This document shows positions 45,137 through 54,591 of a stretch of 64,000 bases of DNA, piece by piece (position 1 is the stretch's first letter; the number at the start of each line of letters is the position of its first letter). A program made the translations under genes and the position numbers. The stretch comes from an uncultured Acidobacteriota bacterium (lineage in GTDB: Bacteria; Acidobacteriota; Thermoanaerobaculia; Gp7-AA8): the NCBI GenBank assembly GCA_963822445.1, contig CAWGHO010000003.1, forward strand, positions 1,152,001-1,216,000, written 5' to 3'. The notes beneath the pieces were generated by a model. It worked only from the letters and a program-made list of their open reading frames with translations. It was not told the origin of the DNA and did no database searches.

Positions 45137-48100
45137 TTAGTTGAGCTGAGCCATGTCGCGCACGGTCTCGGCGAGCTGCATCGGGTCGACCGGCTTCTTC
45201 AGAAACGCGTCGAAGCCGCGCGCAAGCGCATTCTCCCGATCCTCGGGACGCCCGAACGCGGTCAGGGCAATGACCGGCACGCGCCGTCCGGAGTCTCGCA
45301 GCTTGCGCACGAAGTCGTAGCCATCCTCGCCGGGCATGGCGATGTCGCAAACCACGACATCCGGGTTTCCATCGCCCATCGTCTCGAACGCCTCGGCCAC
45401 GGTTTCCGCGCAGGTCACGTCTGCCCCGGCGCGGCGGAGAATCGTGGCCACGACGTCGCGCGTCGGTTGGTGATCGTCGATGACCAGCACGGACTTTCCC
45501 TGCAGCGAAGGAAGCTCGGACTCGCCGGTGGCTTTCCCTGAACCGATCCTGCTCGCGTCGCAAAGCACCGGCAATTCCAGAGTGAACGTCGATCCGCGGC
45601 CTTCGCCCTCGCTCTGCGCGCTGATGCTTCCGCCGTGCAACTCGACGAGCGAGCGGACAATGGCCAGGCCGAGGCCGATGCCGCCGTGCGCGCGGGTGGT
45701 GGAGCTGTCCTGCTGGCGGAACGGCTCGAAGACGTGCGCCAGAAACGATCGAGGAATGCCCATGCCGCTGTCGCGAACGACGAGCGTCACCGTCTCCTCG
45801 GTCGCGGAAAGGCGGACGATCACGTTTCCGCCGCGCGGCGTGAACTTGATCGCGTTCGTCATCAGGTTCCAGATGATCTGCTGCAATCGCGCGGGGTCGC
45901 CGAGAACTGGCGGAATCTGCGCGGGGAAGCTCGTCAGCACCTCGATGTTCTTCGCCGCCGCTGCTGGTTGCACGGTGGCGACTGCGGCTTCCGCGACCGT
46001 GCGCAGGTCGACCGAGTCCATCTGGATGCGCATCTTCCCGGCCATGATCCGCGACATGTCGAGGATGTCTTCGATCAGGTCCATCTGCATGGTCGCGCTG
46101 CGCTCGATGGCGTCGACGGCCTGCTGCATGTCCGCGCCGTCGAGGCCCATCTTGAGCATGCGCGCCCAGCCGAGGACCGCGGTCATGGGCGTGCGAAGCT
46201 CGTGGGAGAGCGTGGCCAGGAACTCGTCCTTCGCGCGATTGGCGTCCTGGGCCGCGGTGTACAGCCGGGCGTTGTCCACCGCGACCGAAGCGCGCCGCGC
46301 GACCTCCTCGGCGAACTCCAGATCGGCCTCGGTGAAGCGGCGGTTCGAATCGGAGGAAACGAGCGTGAGCGTGCCGAATACCCTCTCCCGCGTCTTCAGC
46401 GGGACGACGATGAACGAGACGATGTTCAACGACTTGAGCACGGCGCGGTGTTCTTCCGAAGTCTGCGCGGCCTCGATGAGCTCGGGCGGGACGAACGACA
46501 TCCACTCCGCCTGGCCGGTGCGGATCACGCGCGTGACGGTGTCGGTTTTCGGATCGGGAGGGAAACGGCGGCGCAGCTCGTGGGCAAGCTCGACTTTCGC
46601 CGGGTCCTTGTGCGCAACGGCGAGACGCCGGTGCGGTCCACCTTCTTCATCAGCGATGTCGACGGCGCACCAATCCGCGACCTCGGGGACCATCAGGCTG
46701 GCCAGCGTTTTCAGGGTGGTCTCGTAGTCGAGTGATGACGTCAGGACGTCGGTGGCCTTGCCGAGAAAGCGCTGCCGGTCATCGGCGACTTTGCGCTCGT
46801 CGATGTCCATCGTCGTGCCGACCCACTCGACGATCGCGCCCTGCTCGTCGAGGAGCGGAACCGCGGTCGTGGCGTGCCAGCGATACCCGCCGGCTCGCGA
46901 CCGCAAGCGGAACTCGCGGGCCATCGGCGTTTGTGTGTCGACCGCGGTCTTCCAATCTGCGACCACCTGGTCGCGATCGTCGGGATGAATTGCTTCGGCC
47001 CAGCCCCAGCCGAGGATCTCTTCCGGGGTCTGGCCGGTGATGTCGCGCCAGGAAGGAATGTCGACCGTGACCCGGCCGTCCGGCGCGGCGATCCAGATGG
47101 CCTGCGCGTTCGGCGCAGCCATCACCAGCGATTTGTAGCGGGCCTCGCTGCGCGCGAGCCGCTCGCGTTCCCGGCGGACGGCGTCGTAGAGGCGGACGTT
47201 GTCGATGGCGATTCCCGCTTGCGCGGCCAGGGCCACGGCGATCTGTTCTTCGCTTTCCGTGAAGACGCCCGTTTCCTCGTGGCCGAAGAAAAGACCGCCC
47301 AGCACTTCGCCGGAGCGCGACACCACGGGCACGGCCAGGTAACTCGCGACGGGAAGATGTCCCTCGGGCATGCCGTGATGGGGCGCGTTCCTGCCGTAGC
47401 GCGGATCGCGGCGGATGTCCGCGCTGCGGACGACACCCGTTCCGCTGAACGTCGGCTCGAATACGGCGGTGTTGCGCGGCATGGGGAAGCGGGAGAAGGC
47501 CTCGCGCGGAACGCCGGAGATCGTGTAGAGCGTGTACGACTCGCCGGCTTCGTTGATGACGTTGTAAAAGAACGCGCCGAATTGCGCGTTGGTGAGCTCA
47601 GTGGCCGCGTCGGTGACGGCCTGCACGACGCGTTGCAGATCGAGCTCGCCGGCCACGACGCGCGCCGCTTCGGCGAAGCGATCGAACTTGCGCGCGCTGA
47701 CCGCGGCCGACAGCAGCTCGCCGATGATCGCGCCGAGGTGATGCTCTTCCTCGGAGATCTCGCGAGGCGTGCGGAAGTAGCAGGAGAGCGTGCCCGCGGC
47801 CTCACCGCGAATGCTGAGCGGGATGACGAATGCCTGGCGGATGCCCTGGACGTCGTAGAAGACGCGGCGGTCGGCAGCCAGCGGCCAGGCCGCGATGTCG
47901 GTGACGAACGGACCCTTCGAGAGGACCGATTCGTTGCGCTTCTCCTCGATCGAATAGAGAGCGTATTCCGCGGACAGTCCGCGGCCGGAAGTGATCTCCC
48001 AGCGGCCAACGCGGCCGTCGTATCGCCAGATCGCGTAGGCATCGGCGGGGATGATCTCCGGGACGATCTCCAGAACCTTTTCCACGAGGTTGCGCGACGG

Positions 48101-48166
48101 GAGATCGGAGCGGAGAAGGCTCGATACACGCGCAAGTGCGGCAAGACGGGGCGAGGTATCGGACAT
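45137..48166 (-). CDS. Hybrid sensor histidine kinase (GAF-GAF-PAS-GAF-HisKA-HATPase-REC)
   Basis: SYLAVPV, IHPDD, LSHELRTP, NAIKFT, GIGLGL, VCDIAMP; start ATG 48166 (alternative 48202). Confidence 0.95.
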   Translation of the reverse strand: MSDTSPRLAALARVSSLLRSDLPSRNLVEKVLEIVPEIIPADAYAIWRYDGRVGRWEITSGRGLSAEYALYSIEEKRNESVLSKGPFVTDIAAWPLAADRRVFYDVQGIRQAFVIPLSIRGEAAGTLSCYFRTPREISEEEHHLGAIIGELLSAAVSARKFDRFAEAARVVAGELDLQRVVQAVTDAATELTNAQFGAFFYNVINEAGESYTLYTISGVPREAFSRFPMPRNTAVFEPTFSGTGVVRSADIRRDPRYGRNAPHHGMPEGHLPVASYLAVPVVSRSGEVLGGLFFGHEETGVFTESEEQIAVALAAQAGIAIDNVRLYDAVRRERERLARSEARYKSLVMAAPNAQAIWIAAPDGRVTVDIPSWRDITGQTPEEILGWGWAEAIHPDDRDQVVADWKTAVDTQTPMAREFRLRSRAGGYRWHATTAVPLLDEQGAIVEWVGTTMDIDERKVADDRQRFLGKATDVLTSSLDYETTLKTLASLMVPEVADWCAVDIADEEGGPHRRLAVAHKDPAKVELAHELRRRFPPDPKTDTVTRVIRTGQAEWMSFVPPELIEAAQTSEEHRAVLKSLNIVSFIVVPLKTRERVFGTLTLVSSDSNRRFTEADLEFAEEVARRASVAVDNARLYTAAQDANRAKDEFLATLSHELRTPMTAVLGWARMLKMGLDGADMQQAVDAIERSATMQMDLIEDILDMSRIMAGKMRIQMDSVDLRTVAEAAVATVQPAAAAKNIEVLTSFPAQIPPVLGDPARLQQIIWNLMTNAIKFTPRGGNVIVRLSATEETVTLVVRDSGMGIPRSFLAHVFEPFRQQDSSTTRAHGGIGLGLAIVRSLVELHGGSISAQSEGEGRGSTFTLELPVLCDASRIGSGKATGESELPSLQGKSVLVIDDHQPTRDVVATILRRAGADVTCAETVAEAFETMGDGNPDVVVCDIAMPGEDGYDFVRKLRDSGRRVPVIALTAFGRPEDRENALARGFDAFLKKPVDPMQLAETVRDMAQLN

Positions 48167-48200
48167 TGCGACCGCCGGATTGTGATGCAATGTGAGATCC

Positions 48201-49259
48201 ATGCGTATGGCCTTCGTGAGCGCGGCGGTGCTGGTCTCGCTGTCGGCATCAGCCGATGTTCGCCGCGGGGGAATCGCGTTCCATTACGCCACGCCGCTCA
48301 CCGCGCGCGAGCTCGATTGGTTCGGCCGCTTCGAGGTGCTGGTCACGCACGATCCACTGCCGCGCGCGCAGGTCGACGCGCTCCGTCGCCGCGGAACGAA
48401 GCTCGTGTTGTACGAATGGGCGGTCGCGTTCTACACCTCGCGCGCGACGACGTGGGACAAGTCCCTTCCGCCCTCCGCTCTCCTGAACCGCAAGCCGTTG
48501 CGCGGGCATCTCGGCGCGAACGACTCCGACGCGTTCTACTTCGATCCGGGTTCGCGCGAGCATCAGCAGGGCCGCGCGGAACAACTCGCGCGGCGGTTGC
48601 GGGCCATCGGTTACGACGGCGCGTTCCTCGATACGACCACGTCCGCCAGCGTGCATCCGGCCGCGCTGACCGAATATCGGCGGCGCCATCCGGACCTCGA
48701 TTACGACAGGGCCTTCGCCCGTTTTCTGAAGAGTCTCCGCGCCGCGGGGATGATGATCGTGACCAATCAGGGATACCGCCGCGCCGATGATGTGCTGCCG
48801 CACGTCGACTGGGACGTGACCGAGAGCCTGATCACGTATCCGCAGGAAGGCTCTTTTACGCTGCGGCCGTGGAACGCGCCCGGCGATCTGTGGAACAGCA
48901 CTGCCTTTCTGTTTCGGAAGCTGATCTCGCCCGCGCAACGCAGGTACCCGCGCGTCCGCTTCGCACACATCAACTACCTCACGAAAGCGGATCCGAAAAC
49001 GATCGAGCAAATCATCGCCATCGCCCGCCTCTACGATCACGACGCGTTCCTGGCCATGGCCGATCTGAGCAAAGTGATCGAGACCGATCTGTACTTTTTC
49101 GATCTCGGCCGTCCGAAGCCGCGGGTAGAAACGGCCCGCGGCGCCTATCGCGATTTCGAGAACGGCTTCGTCGCCTACAACGCGAGCGCGAAGCCGATGA
49201 AGGTAGGGAAGGTGGTCGTGCCGCCGTCGAGCGCGATCATCCTGAGGCAACCTCGATGA
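48201..49259 (+). CDS. Secreted PelA-hydrolase-like (GH114/GH166-type) endo-alpha-1,4-polygalactosaminidase
   Basis: Signal peptide; IAFHYA.P...EL..F, GYDGAFLDT, NQGY, TESL resemble PelA/GH114 catalytic motifs; pelF-like gene nearby. Confidence 0.65.
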   Translation: MRMAFVSAAVLVSLSASADVRRGGIAFHYATPLTARELDWFGRFEVLVTHDPLPRAQVDALRRRGTKLVLYEWAVAFYTSRATTWDKSLPPSALLNRKPLRGHLGANDSDAFYFDPGSREHQQGRAEQLARRLRAIGYDGAFLDTTTSASVHPAALTEYRRRHPDLDYDRAFARFLKSLRAAGMMIVTNQGYRRADDVLPHVDWDVTESLITYPQEGSFTLRPWNAPGDLWNSTAFLFRKLISPAQRRYPRVRFAHINYLTKADPKTIEQIIAIARLYDHDAFLAMADLSKVIETDLYFFDLGRPKPRVETARGAYRDFENGFVAYNASAKPMKVGKVVVPPSSAIILRQPR

Positions 49260-50155
49260 TCGAGCTTCGCGAGGGGGCGGCCTCGGATCGCGAAGAGATC
49301 CTCGCCCTGCGCAAACGCTGTTTTCCCGATGACGATCTCGAGAAGCAGGACCCGCGGTTCTGGGACTGGGAGTTCGGCTCCGGCCGCACCTTCATGGCCG
49401 TCGACGGCAGCCGCTGCATCGCTCACCTCGGCTTTTATCCACAGACCTACGTGATCGACGGCGAGAGCGTGACTGCGATGCTGGCCGTCGATGCGATGAC
49501 CGATCCCGAGTACCGCCGCCAGCATCTGTTCACGCGCGTCGCCGAATTCGCCCGCGACAAGTTGCGCGACGCCGTTCAATTGAGCACGGCCTGGCAGATC
49601 CGCGACGCGGTCTTGCCGGCCATGGCCGTGAATGGATGGAAGCCGCTGCTTCGAGCCTCGGTGCTGGTCAAACCGATCGCATTGCGCTCGATCGCGGGCG
49701 AACTGCCGGCTGCAACGGCCACGTTTCCCGAGCTGCCGCTGCTCGCGACGGTGAATCGCGCCGTGCGAACGACGGACTACCTCGACTGGCGCTTCAAAAA
49801 GAATCCGCTCTGGCAATACGCGATCGACGCGAATGACCATGCCTACGTCGTCACCCGCCGCACGACCCTGCGCGGTTACGACACGCTGGCCATCGCCGAC
49901 ATCGGTTGGCGCCCCGGCCAGTCGCGCGAGGCGCGCCTGCTGCTGCGCGATGCCATCGCCCGCGGCCGCGCCGCCGGCGTCCAGCTCGCCGCCGTGCTCA
50001 TGACCCTCGGCCACCCGGCCCTGCCGACGTTCGTGCGCTCCGGATTCCTGCCGTCGCCGCACCGTTTCCGCTTCCTGGTCAACGTTTTCGACGAGCGCCT
50101 CCGCCTCGGCCGGGCGAAATGGGCGCTGACCTGGGCGGACACCGACCACTTGTGA
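49256..50155 (+). CDS. GNAT family N-acetyltransferase
   Basis: ATGA overlap; DAMTDPEYRRQHLF motif A; YLDWRF; C-terminal DTD. Confidence 0.85.
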   Translation: MIELREGAASDREEILALRKRCFPDDDLEKQDPRFWDWEFGSGRTFMAVDGSRCIAHLGFYPQTYVIDGESVTAMLAVDAMTDPEYRRQHLFTRVAEFARDKLRDAVQLSTAWQIRDAVLPAMAVNGWKPLLRASVLVKPIALRSIAGELPAATATFPELPLLATVNRAVRTTDYLDWRFKKNPLWQYAIDANDHAYVVTRRTTLRGYDTLAIADIGWRPGQSREARLLLRDAIARGRAAGVQLAAVLMTLGHPALPTFVRSGFLPSPHRFRFLVNVFDERLRLGRAKWALTWADTDHL

Positions 50156-50188
50156 TCTGGCACGATGTATGGTACAACGTATGGCATT

Positions 50189-50416
50189 ATGAAGAAGACC
50201 ACCATCTACCTTCCGGACGACCTCAAAAAGAAGGTCGAGGCGGCGGCCAAGGCCGGGCGTCAGTCGGAAGCCGACGTCATCCGTGACGCGATCTCGAGTG
50301 CAGTCGACGCAAAGCCGATCTATCCCGCTCCGCGCGTGCCGCTGCCCGGGATGAAGCTCGGGGATCCGACGATCGCGGAGCGCGCCGGCGATCTGCTCGA
50401 AGGCTTCGGCGAGTGA
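50189..50416 (+). CDS. vapB: RHH/CopG-family antitoxin (VapB-like)
   Basis: MKKTTIYLPDDL...SEADVIRDA; C-terminal LEGFGE; GTGA overlap with the PIN gene. Confidence 0.88.
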   Translation: MKKTTIYLPDDLKKKVEAAAKAGRQSEADVIRDAISSAVDAKPIYPAPRVPLPGMKLGDPTIAERAGDLLEGFGE

Positions 50417-50832
50417 TCCTGCTCGACACGAGCGGCCTGCTGGCTGCGCTTTTCGACGACCAGCGTCATCACGAGGAGTGTGCGGACGTCCTGCGGAATG
50501 CCCAGGGGCCGCTGATCCTGTCGCCGTTCGTGCTTGCTGAGACCGACTACCTGATCCAGAAGTACGCCGGCGTGAAAGCGGAACTGATGTTTCTCGAGGA
50601 CGTCGCGCGCGGCGCGTACAAGCTCGTCGACATTCGTCCCGACGACATGACGGACATTCGAGTCATGGTGTTGCGCTACAAAGACCTGAACATCGGCGTC
50701 ACCGATGCGTCTTTGATCGTGTTGGCTGACCGCTTCGATTGCCGCGACATATTGACGCTCGACATCCGCCACTTCCGGGCCACGCGGCCGACGACGAAGA
50801 AGAGCTTTCGCATCCTTCCCGCCGATCTCTGA
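50413..50832 (+). CDS. vapC: PIN-domain toxin (VapC)
   Basis: ILLDTS, VLAE, DAS, LTLD.RHF acidic PIN residues. Confidence 0.92.
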   Translation: MILLDTSGLLAALFDDQRHHEECADVLRNAQGPLILSPFVLAETDYLIQKYAGVKAELMFLEDVARGAYKLVDIRPDDMTDIRVMVLRYKDLNIGVTDASLIVLADRFDCRDILTLDIRHFRATRPTTKKSFRILPADL

Positions 50833-51599
50833 TGCCGCACGCGCTCTTTGTCTTCGCCCATCAGGATGACGAGATCGCGACGGCGACGCGTCTTCTCCAT
50901 CTCCTTCGTCAAGGCTGGACCGTTTCCATCGTCTACCTCACCAACGGGGAAGGCGGCCGCGCGAAGTCGGATGTCCGCGATGAGGAAACGCGGAGAGTAC
51001 TGGCGCAGCTCGGCGTCGATCTGTCGCGCGTTCACTTCGCGGGATCGCGCGAGCGCATTCCCGACGGGCGGCTCTTCCTGCATCTCGATCGCTCGCTGCA
51101 GTTGCTCGAGGAATCGGTCGCTGAAGCGGATGAAGCCTGGACGCTGGCGTACGAGGGCGGACATCACGATCACGACGCCGCGCATCTCGTGGCCATGGCC
51201 TACGCGGCGAAGCGGGGAGTGCCACTCTTCGAGATGCCGCTGTATCACGGCTACGGCTTGCCCGGCCCGTTCTTCAACACCCTCGCGCCCTTGCGCATCG
51301 GCGGAACGTGGTCGGCGCGGCAGATCGCGTTCTCCGAAGGATTTCGCATTGCCCTGCTCTGCCGTTTCTACACGTCGCAGCGCAAGACGTGGCTCGGATT
51401 GCTGCCCGAGGCGCTTCTGCGGCTGGCGGTGGGACGGCGGGAGTGGACGCGCGAGGCCGATCTCGACCGACTCCGCGACAAGCCCCATCGCGGAAAGCTG
51501 TTCTACGAGCGGCGGTTCGGCGTCACGTGGGAGGACTTCGAGGCGAAGGCGAAGCCGTTTGTGGCTGCGATTGCGCCGCATCCTCCTCGGCCGGCTTGA
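50832..51599 (+). CDS. PIG-L/LmbE family deacetylase
   Basis: AHQDDE, LTNGE, R..E, GGHHDHD; TGATG coupling to vapC. Confidence 0.9.
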   Translation: MPHALFVFAHQDDEIATATRLLHLLRQGWTVSIVYLTNGEGGRAKSDVRDEETRRVLAQLGVDLSRVHFAGSRERIPDGRLFLHLDRSLQLLEESVAEADEAWTLAYEGGHHDHDAAHLVAMAYAAKRGVPLFEMPLYHGYGLPGPFFNTLAPLRIGGTWSARQIAFSEGFRIALLCRFYTSQRKTWLGLLPEALLRLAVGRREWTREADLDRLRDKPHRGKLFYERRFGVTWEDFEAKAKPFVAAIAPHPPRPA

Positions 51600-52587
51600 C
51601 GAGCGGGCCGCCGTTGATCGGCTCGCGCGGAACGGCCTGCAGATCGAGATTCACCGCCGAGACCAGCAGCTGCACGCCGATCATGATCATCATCGCCGAC
51701 AGCACCACCGTGCCGACCGGCGCACCGACGGAGCGGCTCGCGTACCACCACCAGTGATAGCCGCCGTAGATCAGGCCGGCCAGCAGCAGCGGCAGGCCGC
51801 ACGCGATCTGAAACGACTCGACGGTGAAGTCGTAGACGAAGTTCTTGAGCGTGATGCGGCGCAGCAGGCAGGCGAGGAGGCGGCCGGGAAACTGGCGCAT
51901 CACGCGGCCGATGCGCAGGCTCGACGTCTCGCCGGCGTACCTCGCCGGCATCGACACTTCATGTACCACCGCGCCGAGGACGTAGAGGTGGCCGAGCATC
52001 GAGGTTTCGAAAAAGTAGGTCGGATCGACCTTCTTCAGCGGGATCTGCGAGAGCACGTCCGCGCGGATGGCGACGAAGCCGTTGGTCGGATCGAAGCATT
52101 GCCAGTATCCGGTCGCGGCCTTCGCCAGGAAGCTGAGGACGACGTTGCCGATGCGCCGCACGGTCGGCATCGAGCGCAAGGCCTGGAAGTCGCGGAATCG
52201 ATTGCCTTTCGTGTAGTCGGCCGTTCCGTCGACGAGCGGCTGCACGAGCTGGGGCATGAGCCAGAGCGGCATCTGCCCGTCGCCGTCCACTTTCACGACG
52301 ACGTCGGCCCCGGCTTCGAGGGCCTTCTGAAAGCCGGTGATCATCGCGCCGCCGACGCCGCGGTTCACCTCGTGATGCAAGACGATGATCCGGGGATCGA
52401 GCTGCGCGTAACGTTCCGCGACCGCGGCGGTGTCGTCCTGCGACGCGTCGTCGACGACGATGATGGTCTTTACGATCGGCGGCATCTGCCGCAGCACGTC
52501 GCCGAGGTGCGTCGCAACGTTGTAGGCGGGAACGACGGCGATGACGTGCGCATCGGGCCGCTTCCGAAGCTGCAGCCGCGAGCTCAT
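51523..52587 (-). CDS. Glycosyltransferase family 2 with 2 C-terminal TM helices
   Basis: VPAYN, VDDASQD, NRGVGGA, DGDGQM, DPTNGF. Confidence 0.92.
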   Translation of the reverse strand: MSSRLQLRKRPDAHVIAVVPAYNVATHLGDVLRQMPPIVKTIIVVDDASQDDTAAVAERYAQLDPRIIVLHHEVNRGVGGAMITGFQKALEAGADVVVKVDGDGQMPLWLMPQLVQPLVDGTADYTKGNRFRDFQALRSMPTVRRIGNVVLSFLAKAATGYWQCFDPTNGFVAIRADVLSQIPLKKVDPTYFFETSMLGHLYVLGAVVHEVSMPARYAGETSSLRIGRVMRQFPGRLLACLLRRITLKNFVYDFTVESFQIACGLPLLLAGLIYGGYHWWWYASRSVGAPVGTVVLSAMMIMIGVQLLVSAVNLDLQAVPREPINGGPLVKPAEEDAAQSQPQTASPSPRSPPT

Positions 52588-54590
52588 CGCGCCGCCTCCG
52601 CGAGCCGATTGGTCTCTTCCTGAGTGCGTTGGATGACGTACACGCGCACGTTCTCATCATCCATGAAGATCCGCATGTCGCGGTGATTGAGTTGATAGAG
52701 AAAGCACCACGTCTGCAGACGTTGCTCGATGTCGGCGCGCGAGAACTGCGTGGCCCACGTGTTGATCTGGAAGCGGTGCGGCACTTTCTCCACGGCGATG
52801 AAAACATACCGCGTCGGAATCGGCAGCTGTCGCGCCTCGGGGTCGTAACGCTCCAGAAAATCGGCGGCGGACAGATGGAACCCGCGGCCGAGGACCATCG
52901 GGAACTCCTGGCCGTAGGTGACGAGCGTCCAGGTGAAGGGCTCGATCTTCCGCTGGATCTCGAGCACCGCGTACGCCGTCGCGCCGTAGCCGGAGTAGTT
53001 GATCAGTTTGTCGTGCGCGCCGGCGAGAGGCACGCGCCACAGCCACAGCGCGAGCGCGGCCACGGTGATGATGCGCGCGAGCTTCACCCGCGAGAGCTCG
53101 AAGATCGCGATGCCGAGAAGGATGGCCAGGGTCATGGCCAGCCAGCCGGCGTTGCGGCGGACCTCGATGATCTCCGGCCAGCCGAATCGCGAGGCGAGGT
53201 GGGTCGCGGTGAAGACGAAGGTCGCGGCGGCGATCCAGTAGTGCTTCCGGAAGAGCAGGGCGATGGCGATGACCAGGCAGGCGATGAGGAACGGTGTGAT
53301 CGCGACCCAGGTCACGATCCGCGCGGTGTCCCCTTCGCGCAGGAAGGGGAAGTAGTAAGCCGCGGCCGAGCCCGCGCTGTTGGCGCTCGCGGCATCGCGG
53401 GCGCCGACGTTCGGGTAGGCGATGTAGCCGAGCATCCACGTCGAGCCGATGACGATTCCTGCCGCGCCGAGAAGCATGGCCCGTCCGATCTCGCGCACGT
53501 TCGCGCGTTGGACGAGGACGGTGATACCGGAGAGGAGCACCAGCGGGACGGCGACGCCGGGGTGGGTGGCGGCGATGGCGGCGGTGCAGAAGAGGAAGCC
53601 GCTGAGGTGCCACCAGCTCTCTCTCTTCAGCAGGAACATGACCGCCGGGAACAGCAGCACGATGGCCAGTTCCTGCGGCAACGTCGCGGTCTGGCGCTGA
53701 AACACGGTCTGCAGGACATCGAACTCGCCGCTCGTCTCCGGAAGGTCCGCGTACGTCATTCGCTCGAACGCACGAGCGTCGGCGATGTTCTCGGTGGCCA
53801 TGCTGCCGCCGAGGAGGAAGTACTGGCTCGCGCCGCCGATCATCGTGGCGAAGAGCAACCCGGCCACGAGTCCGGCGACGAGGCTGCGCGACAACCGTCG
53901 CGCTGCATCGGCAACGGCGAGAGTCATCAGCACGCCGACGATCGGTCCGAAGAAATTCAGCAGCAGGATCGAATCGACATTCGTGAGATCGCGAATGGCC
54001 ATCAGCAGGAAATGCATCCCGCGCGGATACGGTCCCCAGGCGGGATCGACCTGCTTGCCCTGCTCGAGCAGGCGGATCAAGTAGAGGTGAACGTAAGTGT
54101 CCGAGAAACCGAGATTCGCGGTTGCGAACGGCCGGTAAAGGCGAATCGCCGCCGCGACCGCGACCAGCGACGACCACGCGGCGATCTGCCACGAGAACCC
54201 GAAACGCGATCGCGTCCGCCGCAGCACGCGGCGCATCCGGCGGCGCACGTTCACCCTTCCTTCGATCACGTTCAGCGCTGAAACGACGACGGTTCGATAG
54301 AGATCGCGCAGTTGCCCCGCGGGCGAGCGTCCCGTGACGCGCGCGCGAACGGCGAGAACCAGCGCGGCGATGGCCAGAACGAGCGTCAACGACGAATAGA
54401 TGTTGAGAAGCGTCAGCAGTTGCCCGCCGAGAGTCAGAAGGGTGATGCCGGCGGCGAGGCACCACCAGAACCACTCCAGGCGGTCCAGCTCCGCCGGACG
54501 TTTGCGCGCGAGCCGCGGCACGACGAGGAACAGCAGCACCAGCGCCGCCGTGATGCGCAGAACCGCGTCGATGCCGAGGAGCGTGTACAT
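52584..54590 (-). CDS. Polytopic membrane protein, GT-C-like
   Basis: Many TM helices; loop SDTYVH...YPRGMH resembles GT-C glycosyltransferase first-loop motifs. Confidence 0.65.
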   Translation of the reverse strand: MYTLLGIDAVLRITAALVLLFLVVPRLARKRPAELDRLEWFWWCLAAGITLLTLGGQLLTLLNIYSSLTLVLAIAALVLAVRARVTGRSPAGQLRDLYRTVVVSALNVIEGRVNVRRRMRRVLRRTRSRFGFSWQIAAWSSLVAVAAAIRLYRPFATANLGFSDTYVHLYLIRLLEQGKQVDPAWGPYPRGMHFLLMAIRDLTNVDSILLLNFFGPIVGVLMTLAVADAARRLSRSLVAGLVAGLLFATMIGGASQYFLLGGSMATENIADARAFERMTYADLPETSGEFDVLQTVFQRQTATLPQELAIVLLFPAVMFLLKRESWWHLSGFLFCTAAIAATHPGVAVPLVLLSGITVLVQRANVREIGRAMLLGAAGIVIGSTWMLGYIAYPNVGARDAASANSAGSAAAYYFPFLREGDTARIVTWVAITPFLIACLVIAIALLFRKHYWIAAATFVFTATHLASRFGWPEIIEVRRNAGWLAMTLAILLGIAIFELSRVKLARIITVAALALWLWRVPLAGAHDKLINYSGYGATAYAVLEIQRKIEPFTWTLVTYGQEFPMVLGRGFHLSAADFLERYDPEARQLPIPTRYVFIAVEKVPHRFQINTWATQFSRADIEQRLQTWCFLYQLNHRDMRIFMDDENVRVYVIQRTQEETNRLAEAAR

Positions 54591-54591
54591 G

